Position numbers and translations under genes: made by a program
In this document: positions 41,200-52,009 of the stretch, piece by piece
Numbering within the stretch: the first letter of the stretch is position 1
How the letters are laid out: every line of letters begins with the position of its first letter
The notes under the pieces: generated by a model
What the model was told of the DNA's origin: nothing
Database searches by the model: none
What the model saw: the letters and a program-made list of their open reading frames with translations, nothing else
Source of the DNA: Eledone cirrhosa
Lineage: Eukaryota
NCBI GenBank assembly: GCA_964016885.1
Contig: OZ024755.1
Coordinates: forward strand, 26,226,001 to 26,290,000
Direction of reading: 5' to 3'
Length of the DNA stretch: 64,000 bases

Positions 41200-41760
41200 T
41201 GTTGTGTATATCGTAACCCTGCATATCAAAGAGTTGTTATCAAGAAGGGCATCTAGCTGTAAAACAGAGCCTCAAAAAGAACTCCATGGTGAATATGTAG
41301 CCTGGAATGAAACCTGCAAAGAAAATGACCTTAAAGGCATCCTTGTTCACCTTCAGGCTCACATTAAAGATGTGAGAGGGCATGACATGTCCCTCTCTGC
41401 TGAGCATGCCAAAAACTATGATGTGGACAGGAAACTTGATTTTCATGACCCTGGGAACATCATGTAGGCTAACTGCTAACCATCTGTTATTCTCTTGTTG
41501 AGTGCCTTGTTCTGGAAAAAAGTCTTTTTTCATTGAGAAAACCCATGTTTGATTCCATGGGATGCTTCAACTTGTTTAACAGCTTCTTGACCTTCTTCTC
41601 AATTATGATTGGATGCCCTTTCAGGTACAACTCTTTTGTATTTGTTCTAAATGGAGTTATTTTTAGTAGGGAAGATGGTCTTAAAATGCTTGTTTGTTGT
41701 TGTTGTTTATCAAGTGAATTAAAATTCCAAGCAGTCTGTTTATGTCCTAGATAGATAATA
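41200..41760 (-). mobile_element. Tc1/mariner-type transposase fragment in ISOC intron 2
   Basis: DVPRVMKIKFPVHIIVFGMLSREGHVMPSHIF resembles the DDE region; broken frames. Confidence 0.65.
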
Positions 41761-42953
41761 TTTTTTTCTTTCAGCAGATTGGTCAGGCTAGATATTAGTA
41801 TGAAAATAATTATGAGTAAGCATGACAAAAATTAGTTTCTTAAGGGAAAATAACAGCCTTTGTTAATAAACAAGAGCAGGTAAGGTATGTGGTTCAAAAT
41901 GATAGACTTCAAAACTGTAATAAATAGTGGGTTTGCATTAACACAATATGTAGCATAGCTTGGCAATTTTGTCACAGTTATATTATATTTGCAGGCATTG
42001 GCTGTGTGCTTAAGAAGCTTGCTTCAGATCACAGGGTTTCATGCACAGTCCCATTGTAAGACACCTTGGGCAAATATCTTCTACTATAGTCTGAGGTCAA
42101 CTAATGGCTTCTGAGTAAATTTAGAAGATGGAAATTGTAGGAAGCTTGTCATATATGTCATCATCATCATCATCACCACTGTTTTTATATCGGTTTTTCC
42201 ATGCTGGCATGGGTTGTACAAGACTTTTTGAGGTAATGTTTTACAGTCAACTGCCGTTTCTGACCCCAACCCTTTTAGTTGCTTCTTAGGAGACACAAGG
42301 GTAAGGTGTACCTATTCTCTTTAGAGTCTGATTTAGTATTCAAACAAAACTACTGATTTCTCAGATGGGTCAGGGACCCTGCATCTCTCTTACTTATGTT
42401 TCCACACTCTACAGAGTGCATTTTATCAAGGCACCAGCACTACGTAGGTTGTCATGTCTTTGACACAGCTGAAGAATCCTCTCAACCATTTCTTTAGCAA
42501 GTTTTCTATGGCTGAATGTCTTACCAACCACTTTACATACATATACATACACACATACATATATAGCATCCAAAATGTTAAGACCCTCTTCCTGCTATTT
42601 CAAGCATTAAACTAATATATTCCTTCCATATACTGTACCAATCGTGTTGTTATTTCTGTTTACCTTTTACACACACATATATATAAAATTTAATATCTCT
42701 TTTCCATGCTGGCATGAGTTGGATGAATTGTCACTTTCCTATATTGTTGATTGTTCCTCGATGCTACTGTTGAACAAACAGATGGTGATAGCCATCAAGC
42801 CACAGCATAGCTTAGTAAGGTCATTTGCTTGCCAAAAATTGGCAGTATCGGTAGAGGGTCGGACGCCATGCTTTGACGCATAGAGTTACGGTCCTTGCCA
42901 TTCTGAGTTCAAATCCCGCCGAGGTTAACTTTGCCTTTCATCCTTACGGGGTC

Positions 42954-43560
42954 ACCTTTTTTTAGGTATCGAAAAATAAGATTTTTGGCTCTAGCTCCCA
43001 CATTTTGCCACTAATTTCGTTCAAATTTTAAAGCAAAATAGAATTTATCATTGCACATCCTGTAATAGCTTTATATTTTGCACTTGTTGTTCAGGGATGG
43101 CGTGGCAGCCGCTTAAATATAAAAAAATACCACTTTTAGACTCAAATTTTCGGCTCTAGCTCCCACATTAATCAACCTACTTTGTTCAAATTTTACACTA
43201 CGCTAGATCTGATTATTTCACGTCTTAAAGTGGCTTTACATTTTGAAATTTTTATTCAGGAACGGTATGGCAGCCGCTTAAATATTTGAAAATACCACCT
43301 TTTCGCTCAAATTTCTGCCTTTTCAGCTCTAGCTCCCACATTTTTCAACCGATTTCGTTCAAATTAGAAATTCCCTCCCCCAGCATGCCCTTTCGTCAGT
43401 CACCCGCGTTTCTCAGTGATAGAGGTCATAACCACCCTCCCCGCATGGCCTGTGTGTGGCCATAGATGAGTCATCGAGAAGCAGTCGCTAAAATCAACAC
43501 CTTTTCATCAAAGTAGATATTATTTTACCTACCCAGGCAACGCTGGGTACTGCTACTAGT
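42954..43560 (+). mobile_element. Non-autonomous Helitron-like element abutting a truncated SINE
   Basis: 3' hairpin TACCCAGGCAACGCTGGGTA followed by CTAGT; three internal GCTCTAGCTCCCACATT subrepeats. Confidence 0.6.
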
Positions 43561-43602
43561 ACTCTATATTTTCAACCCTTCAATCAAGTTGCATAGAGGT
43601 AT

Positions 43603-43645
43603 ATAGTCCTGATGAAGGGTAATGACCCAGAAATATGTTGATTGT
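43603..43645 (+). ncRNA. Minimal type I hammerhead-like motif in ISOC intron 2
   Basis: ATAGTC-CTGATGA-A-GGGT aatg ACCC-A-GAAA-TATG-TT-GATTGT; stem I has G-U pairs. Confidence 0.5.
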
Positions 43646-43831
43646 TCCTTGATGCTATTGTTAAACAAATGGATGGCCATCAAGCCACAGCATAGCGTAG
43701 TAAGGCTGTTTGCTTGCAAACGAATCCAATATTATTATTATTATTATTATTTGATATAACCCATGCTTACATTTATGTAATCTGCTATGCTAGAGCATAA
43801 TGTTTTTTTTATATATTCATATGTTTTTCAG

Positions 43832-43964
43832 ATATAAATTCTATTATTTTATGTGGTATTGAGACACATGCCTGCATTCAACAAACAACGTTGGATTTTT
43901 TGGAGAAAGACTACCAAGTCCATGTCATTGTAGATGCTTGTTCCTCCCGTTCAATGGTTGAAAG
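43832..43964 (+). CDS. ISOC-like exon 3 ([21 protein letters not shown]...[16 protein letters not shown])
   Basis: GIETHAC nucleophile-Cys motif; canonical splice sites; 133 nt. Confidence 0.93.
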
Positions 43965-44824
43965 GTAGATACATTACACATAAATTTTCATGTTGTTTCG
44001 ACATAAAAGTTTGTATCACGTCGTCTGGAGGTTTCAATCTAACAATTTTCCATAGTTTTCCCTCTACTGTAAAGACTTTCTCTGAACTTATGATATATTC
44101 TCACTCTGTCATTCACTTTACATGTCCATATAAATACATTTCTTTCTTCTGCATACACTTTCTTCATCGCCCATCTAGTTAGTATTCAGTATTTCTGATA
44201 AATTTGAGATATGTATTCAATAAACCATACTCAATTCATTCCTCTGTCGCAATAACACATAATTGTTTCTACTTTAGGCACAAGGCCAGCAATTATTCAG
44301 TGCATTACTGGTACTTTATTTTATCGACCCCGTAAGGATGAAAGGCAAAGTCAACAATGCATAATTGTTTCTACTTTTGGCACAAGGCCAGCAGTTAACC
44401 CAATGCATTACTGGTGCTTTATTTTATCAAAACCCGTAAGGATGAAAGGCAAAGTTAACCTCGGCAGGATTTGAACTCAGAGCGTAAAGGGCCATAACTC
44501 TGCTGCAAAGAATGGTGTCTGACGCTCTACTGATACTGCCAATCCACCGCCCTATGCATAATAATACATAATAATGCATTCTGTGCTATACAATATATAA
44601 AAATTGCATCACAGTTGTACAATATGCTTTCGAGGTTAACTTTGCCTTTCATCCTTACGGGGTCGATAAAATAAAGTACCAGTAATACACTGGGATAATT
44701 GCTGGTTTGTACCAAAAGTAGAAACAATTATATTTAAAAATTGTCTATCATGTATTAACTGGTCTATTAGCTCTTAACACTATATATTTCATACTGCCTA
44801 ACACAGCACATTTGTGTATATTGA

Positions 44825-45050
44825 AGGAAAGAATCTCTGGACAGATTTTTACTGGCAAAATCAGCAGGTAGGCGACCCAGGGGTAGACCCCGAGCAAGAT
44901 GGTTGGATAACATCCATTGGCTGGTCTCGCTTGCGGATCCAGCCTGATCAGTTGAAGACGGTTGATTCTGGCAGGACCCGCTGGAAGGAGTGTCTGAGGA
45001 CATTGCCCCCTTGATCCTCCCAAGAATAAGTGGGCGAAGAACAAGTAGAA
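44825..45050 (+). mobile_element. RTE 3'-end fragment (related copies near 6010-6390 -, 23905-24180 +, 35985-36150 -, 38945-39065 -)
   Basis: Encodes the RTE C-terminus GRRPRGRPRARWLDNI; five similar copies in the window. Confidence 0.75.
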
Positions 45051-45326
45051 GGTTTTAATTTAACTAGGATCCCCTTAAAACAAGTGGTTTTGTTTCATAG
45101 AACCAGAATCAGTTTTAAATGAGTTGATATCAAAGGGGTTAAAGAAATTTTGAACTGATTTGTAGTTTAATAATAATAATAATAATGAAATATTGTGTAC
45201 AGTGCTCAGGTGCACTACAACTCATCAAAAAGTGTATGTAGTACATAGGGTAATGTACAAACGTCGGGAAAATGAACAGTGCATGAGTCATGATACACAC
45301 GTGTGCATGTGTATGGAAGGGGTACA

Positions 45327-48146
45327 TCAGGTGTAGTTTTGGCGTATTTCGGGAAGCATGAGTGTCTTAAAGGATGCAGTGTCTCGGCAGCTAACAACTG
45401 ACGCAGGCAGTTTGTTCCATGCTTCAGCAACTCTGAGTGTGAAAAAATGTCTACGAAAGTCATGGGAGCTGTGCTGTTTTCTGATTTTGTAGGCATGTCC
45501 ACGTGTGTTAGACACATGGAGATCAAAAAGGTGCTCAGGGTTATTGTTGGCGAGATAACTTTGTGGGTATTTACCAAGTCCATTGCCAGACGTCGGAGCT
45601 TCAATGAATCCATGCCCAGGGAAGCAAGGCGTTCAGAGTATGGTAGGTGTCTGATGGAGGGTATGCGCTTGGTTGCACGTCTCTGAACAGTCTCCAGGAT
45701 GTCAATGTTCTGAGCAAGATAGGGGTTCCAGACTGATGATGCGAATTCCAAGTGTGGTCGTACCATAGCTGTATACAGTTTTAAATAGATGGCTGGAGAG
45801 CGGCAACAAAGGTCTTGCTGAGTGATGCCAAGACACCCTCGGCCTTGTTGACAATCTTAGAGACATGCTTTGTCCAACGAAAATCGCTGCTGACAGTAAT
45901 GCCCAGGTCATGTTCACAAGAGGACTTCTTGATATCAGTGTTGTGGAGGCAGTATGTGGACGCTGGATTTTTCCTCCCAAAATGCATGGTGGTACACTTG
46001 TCCACAACTAGCTTGAGTTGCTAGTCTGTGATCCATTGCTGCATTGTGTCCAGGTCAGACTGCAGGCAACATCTATAGTGTTCAGGATCTGTCCTTTTTA
46101 TCTCAAGGTACAGCTTAATGTCATCTGCATATTTCAGTACCGTGGCATTCTGTAAGTTGGCATCTATGTCATTAATATATGCCACAAACAAAAGGGGACC
46201 AAGAACAGATCCCTGTGGTACACCAGATGACATCTCATATGGTGAAGAATGCTGTCCTAGAACCGTGACTACCTCTTTTCGGCTGAGAATGAAGGATTTC
46301 AACCAGTCGAAAAGATCATCCCTCACACCCATTGCAGAGAGTTTTGCCATAAGTCTTTTGTGTGGCACAGAATTAAAAGCCTGAGCAAAGTCAAGGTAAA
46401 CAACATCCACCCATGAGCCGCTGTCAGTGATCCGGGTGATGTCTTCAAGGAACTCGATAAGCTGATCACAGCAGCTGGAGTTAGGGATAAATCCAAACTG
46501 TGAGGGCCGGATGAGGCTGTGAGAGCTCCAGAAGTTCCAAAGTGTTTCTCTGACACAGGATTCCATCAGTTTGGCCATACAGCTAGTAAGACTGACTGGA
46601 CGATAGTTGACAGGTGACATGCGGTTGCCCTTTTTGAAAAGGGGAATGACACTGGCTGTTTTCCACTGCTCCGGAGTAGCACCATTGTTGAGACAGTATT
46701 GAAAGAAGAAAGAAAGCTGGCGCAAAAGGAAATACCCGCCACATTTGAGAAGCAGGTATGTAACACCATCAAGACCAGGGGAGGCATAGTTGCGCTTATT
46801 CTTAAGGTGACATCGCAACATAGCAGGTGTAAATTCCATCGTTGTTATGGAATTTGATGTTAGAGATGGTGGAGATGGTACATTCTGGTTTTAAACAGTA
46901 AAAATACTTGCATAGCACTCAGCAATGAGTTCTGCGCATTCTTTGGGATCGTCAGTGATCTGGCTTGTGTGGGGATTGCAAAGAGGACCAACTGGAGAGT
47001 GAGGTCTCTGCTTTGAATGAACATATTTCTAGAACACCTTACTGTCAGGATTGGTTGCTATGCACTGTTCAAATTCAAGCACTGCCTTCTTTGTCACTTG
47101 CTTGAGATGGTTAGAAGATTTATTCCGCTTTTTTCTGTTGGCATCTGATTTATGCAGTTTATATTCCCGTTCAGCGTTCCGACGTTCTTTCCTGGCAAGT
47201 CGGACCGCTGAAGTTTCCCAAATTGCACTTTAGGGGTGGTTTTTTTTCTGCTTACATGCCACCGATGCTGCACACACTATCCATATTGAGTCCAGGATGC
47301 TCTGGAGTATAGTGTTCACATCTCCAGAGTTATACATCTCATGCCAGTTTGGGCGCTGTAGTTCAGTGCAGTACAAGTTCCAATCTGCCCTCTTCCAATC
47401 AAAGCAAGCAGATTGGAGATGGCTCTGGTTTTTGTTGCTGCTCGCAAGAGCCAGATTGGCAATGATCATAGCATGATCAGAGTCGCCTAGAGGTTCCTCA
47501 GTAGTACAACTGATAACCACTGCAGGAGTAGTGGTGAAGATCAGGTCCAAAGTGTTGTCACCTCTTGTTGGAGAGGTGACTACTTGTGACCAGTTTGAGT
47601 CCAGCACTAGTTCAAGGAAATCGTTTGCACCTTGTGGCCAACGAAAGGTTTCCCAATCGATCTCAGGATGATTGAAGTCACCTGCAATAAACACATAAGT
47701 GGCTGTTTTCTTGGCAGCAACTCTGAGGATATCGCAAAGCTGTGTGTCCTGATGGTAGTTTGGGGGGCGATAAACAACACCAAGCAGAAGTGTTGACATG
47801 GTCATACGTATGTCACAAAAAAAAAACAAAGTTCTTTTTGTGATTCGTTCAAATCAACGCAAGGAATTACCGATAAGTTTGAATGAACGTAGACCATCAC
47901 ACCACCACCACGGCAATTAATGCGGTCCTTGTGGAAAAGGTTGTATCCAGTAATGCTGAAAACCCCATCACAGAGTAAGGAATGTGCCCATGTTTTCGTG
48001 ACTGTGATGAAGTCAGGGTCGATGCTTCTGACGTAGGAGTCAAACAGATGTATCTTGTTGCATAAACTGTGAGCATTTAAGGACAACAATTTGTACCCTG
48101 CTTGCAGTTTATGATGGTGTGTAGAGGGTGGCAGGTTGTTCTGGTT
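45327..48146 (-). pseudogene. LINE ORF2 (APE endonuclease + reverse transcriptase), disrupted
   Basis: Split over ORFs 47802-48089, 47230-47829, 46021-46839 and smaller pieces; frameshifts at homopolymer runs (e.g. 47817-26) and in-frame stops (e.g. WITD*). Confidence 0.88.
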
Positions 48147-48820
48147 TAGTTTCCCAGAGTTGTTGCAGTTTTTTCATTGCCAGTTATTGTGGGTACAGCA
48201 CACTCAGACCAGCTGGTATCTCTCTTCCACGTTTCACCAGCCTTAACAAACCTCCAGATCTGTCCATCATCACGCAGACTAAAACTTTCATGTTGTGCTG
48301 AGTTCCGATTCAAGGAAGCTGCAGCACGTAGCTTTGGACGTACATGGGGTGGTAGGCCTGGGTGTGTTCGGAAGGTAATCCGATTTTCATGCCCAGCTTT
48401 AACAGAGGCCAGATGGTATGAGATTGCCTCAGCGGGGTCCGAAAAAGACAGCCTGATGAGTCTGGGTTTTGGACCAGGTCGACCAAGGCAGAGAGCACCC
48501 TTTAGGGGAACACAGCCTAGGTCTTTGGCTGAGCTGGCAGCAAATGCCTGAAGATCAGCCTTGTCCTCTGGTACCCCAATGGCAATTACTTCATGGGTAG
48601 CAGATTCCACAGTCTTCTCAGTGTGCCCAGATACGGCAAGAGGTACAGGGAGATTCTTTAGCAAGGCATTCCGATAAGACCCCTCATTGTGGGGTCCTAC
48701 CCGAATGCTTGCCTTTATTCCTGTTACTTCCCTTCTTAAAGCAGAAATCATTAGTTGCAATTCTGCAAAATCTGTACTGGTCTGTTGTTGTTGTTGTTGT
48801 TGTTGTTGCTGTTGCTGTTG

Positions 48821-48851
<31 letters not shown>

Positions 48852-49534
48852 TCCTCCTCCACAGGAATGGTAGGGGAAGACACAGTCGCCGGTTGTTGGT
48901 GTCGAGATGTACTGGGAGCGGAAGGCATGGGTTGTTGTTGTTTCTGATGTTCTCCCACAGGAAAAGCAGCAGAAGCCAGTGTCATAGGTTTTTGCCGTTG
49001 TTCAGTAACAATGGTGGAAGAAGATACAGTCATCGGTTTTTGTTGTTGTTTTTCAATAACATTAGTGGAGGCAGGCAGACAGGCCAGGCACTGAAAGGAC
49101 CAGGATTTTAGCTGGACCATCTCCCATATTCCATCCATCATAGCATTATGATGTCTCTTTTTTTGGCCTGGGATCCTCTGGAAGCCTGTGGCGCATTGAA
49201 GGCAGACAGAGATGCGACAGGTTCCACATTCGACCCAGCGATTACGGAGCGAGTTTTTGGGTTCCGTACAAATATGGCAGATGTGGTTTTCTGGGCAATG
49301 TTCTATTTTGGTATACCATTTATAAAATATCGAGAAATACTGGGGTACGTCTGGCCACTTCCTCTTTGTACTGGCCACCGTCGGGACCTCAGGTGTCCTC
49401 TGACTCCCTGTACCTCGAAGTGGGGTGGCTGTTGCAGTGGGTGTCGGTGGCCATTGTCTGCGACAATGTCTTTGCAGTTTTATCTGCGGAGCGCAGCTGA
49501 AACACCACCCCGCCCTAGGCATAGGGCCCATCAT
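48146..49534 (-). CDS. LINE ORF1 with PHD-like zinc finger, Q23 tract and coiled-coil/RRM-like C-terminal part
   Basis: Uninterrupted ORF, first ATG at 49534; CHIC...[12 protein letters not shown]...CLAC; polyQ at 48782-48850; [12 protein letters not shown] resembles the L1/CR1 ORF1 RRM region. Confidence 0.75.
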
Positions 49535-49749
49535 CCTCTCCCCTTCCCCTTGCTTTTCCCTCCTTTTCCTCCCATTTATGGCATTTATAGTCCTTTCCTC
49601 CACTTTACTATACCGCCAGATCTGCCCTTCTTTACCCCTTCCCCCTCTTTTTATGACTTTTGTTTTTATATGAGACAATTAATCAGTAGAATTGATTTTT
49701 ATCTGAATGAAAGTTATTGCTACAACAAATGTAATGTTTATCATTCCAG

Positions 49750-49924
49750 GATGTATGCATTTAATCGTATGAAGGAGGCAGGGGCCTTTTTGACGACCAG
49801 TGAAAGTGCAATGCTGTCTCTTTGTCAAGATGCAAAACATCCCAAATTCAAAGAAATTCAACATTTAATTAAACATCCTGCCCCAGACAGTGGATTGCTT
49901 TTGATACAACCATCTCAATTATGA
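49750..49924 (+). CDS. ISOC-like exon 4, terminal ([19 protein letters not shown]...HPKFKEIQ...QPSQL*)
   Basis: ttccag acceptor; exons total 603 nt = 200 aa plus TGA; GAFLTTSES and HPKFKEIQ motifs. Confidence 0.93.
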
Positions 49925-50150
49925 AACCTATTGGACTCTGGAATTTTTAACTATTAAATCAGGATGATTTAATAGTAAAACATTAAAGTGATTATATTTT
50001 GATATTTGTTTATCATAAAACTTATATCAAGACTTTTTAAAAAAATTAATCTACTCTGATTCTGAAATTTATTTTTTATTGATAAATATTAACTGATTAT
50101 TAGATTTGCAATCATGTACTTTAGGATTAATCTGACAATTGTATGGATCT

Positions 50151-50182
50151 AATAAATTTGTTAAACATGAAATCTCAATAAA
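50151..50182 (+). terminator. Candidate polyadenylation signals of the ISOC-like gene
   Basis: AATAAA at 50151 and 50177, about 230-250 nt after the stop. AT-rich context weakens the call. Confidence 0.4.
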
Positions 50183-51268
50183 ATTTATTATACCAGCTTT
50201 AACTCATCAAATACTAAAACCACCCTACCATTCATGGCAGCATATTTTATTCACAGTGAACTTGAACAGTAGCTGGTAGATCCCTAGGACAACCCACATA
50301 TCATGGATGTAACCATAGTGAAAGTGACTTATCAGAAAGTTGAGTACTATGAACAATCTCACCCTCCTGCTCTAATTACATGGTAGAACACATGGACTCT
50401 GTAAGTTGCAGAGAAGGCAACCAATCTAAGTGGGAGTAACTCTGAATAAAACAGATGCAGTGTTGATGTTATTCATTTGTCTTACTGCAGACAATTTTTA
50501 TAGCGCTAGTGGTACATTAAAATGTACTCAACCCATGTTGCAAAGTGGTTTGTGAGAGGAAGGGTATCAGTTGTAAAAATAATGTCAAAAATAAAATGAC
50601 CTACACAAAACAAACATGGAGGTATTTCTGTTTATGTGTGTGCCTGATGATGGAGTGCTCTGGCACATGATAAGATGCTGTGAGACCTGTCCAGTATATG
50701 CCAACATGGAAAATGGGCATATGATGATGGTGATGACATCATCATCATCATGTAGACATTCTGCTTGCTATCAAGGATTAGCCAGCTTATCAGACCCAGT
50801 CAGTACATAATTGGAGATACTGTCCTCTCTCATGGGCTGGGAGCTGCATCTTGTTTACATACATTCCTGCACTCTCTCTACAGAGTGTCTTGAGTAGATT
50901 TTTATGGCACCAGCACTAAAAAGGTTATCATACCTTCCCCCTCTCCACGCACGCATTTATTTATATTTCTGATAATCACTAGTGCTGTTATGATGGGATA
51001 CATCTAAGGTAGTTTCCTCGAGTTAACTTTTATAAGAATTTAAAGACATTTGGGTGTTTATTTTTTTAGGAAGATTTCTCTGCTATTTCTAGTTTATTGA
51101 GCAATCGCATAGGGACTTTCTCTGTTGAGATGTGCTAGGAATAGCAGCCAAACCTCCCTAAAAAACCCTACTGAAGGATACAGTGCACAGTGCACAGTGT
51201 CATCTTCGATACACAAAACGATACCCAGTAGGCCGTCTTTTGTTTGAGGTCTGCTTCTGCAGACCCTA

Positions 51269-51316
<48 letters not shown>

Positions 51317-51384
51317 GTATAAAATAAAATAAAAATAGCGTAGACATTACAATACAATACATTACAATAGGAGGGAACATAATA

Positions 51385-51437
51385 ATAGTACCACTGATGA
51401 TGTTGCAGATGTGCAACGAAAGAACTTTGATAGACTA
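51385..51437 (+). ncRNA. Decayed minimal hammerhead-like motif
   Basis: CTGATGA-T-GTTGCA gatg TGCAAC-GAAA-GAAC-TT-TG; stem I is imperfect. Confidence 0.4.
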
Positions 51438-51612
51438 TATATATATATTTATATCTGTATTTTTAACCGTTTGTCAATCAATGATAAATGTTGATTGTTA
51501 AATAAATTAACTATGGAGATATAAAAGATACAGAAGCGAAAACCAACCAAACAGTGAGTGTGTTCTGTTATTATTTCTGGCAATATTATTACAACAATAT
51601 GACCCTCCCCAA

Positions 51613-51660
<48 letters not shown>

Positions 51661-52009
51661 GGAGGTAAAATACTGGAAGGTAATATCAGTAGTGGTAGAA
51701 CACTCAGTCAATGGGACGAGTTTGGTAGAAGTAGTAACACAACAGTTAGTTCACCATACTGGGAACAGTTCTTGATATGGTGAACTAACTGTTGTGTTAC
51801 TACTTATATATATATATATGTATGTATGTGTGGGGAGTGTGTGTATTTGCCACTGTGGGCAACATCAAGTAATTTTATATAGGTAAAAATAATTATAATT
51901 CTGTGGTAGTTTAAAAAAAACATTTTATTTCAGAAGTTTATTCTGTTAATCCCGAATGTAGGGGAAAGACAAAAGAGTTACTAACATTGTTGTCTTATAT
52001 GGGGTTTCT

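Larger units (their letters stand above)
45168..49660 (-). mobile_element. Near-full-length CR1/L2-group LINE, antisense in ISOC intron 3
   Basis: ORF1, APE (GDFN, LDL, SDH), RT (GVPQGSVLGP, YADD), CR1-type C-terminus (RPHLEF, TRGH, FFTLRV..WNKLP) and an (ATT)n 3' tail. No clear TSD; 5' end approximate. Confidence 0.9.

Noticed and set aside
48687-49111. polyCys and polyLeu ORFs
   Set aside because: They are antisense readings of the ORF1 polyQ tract.
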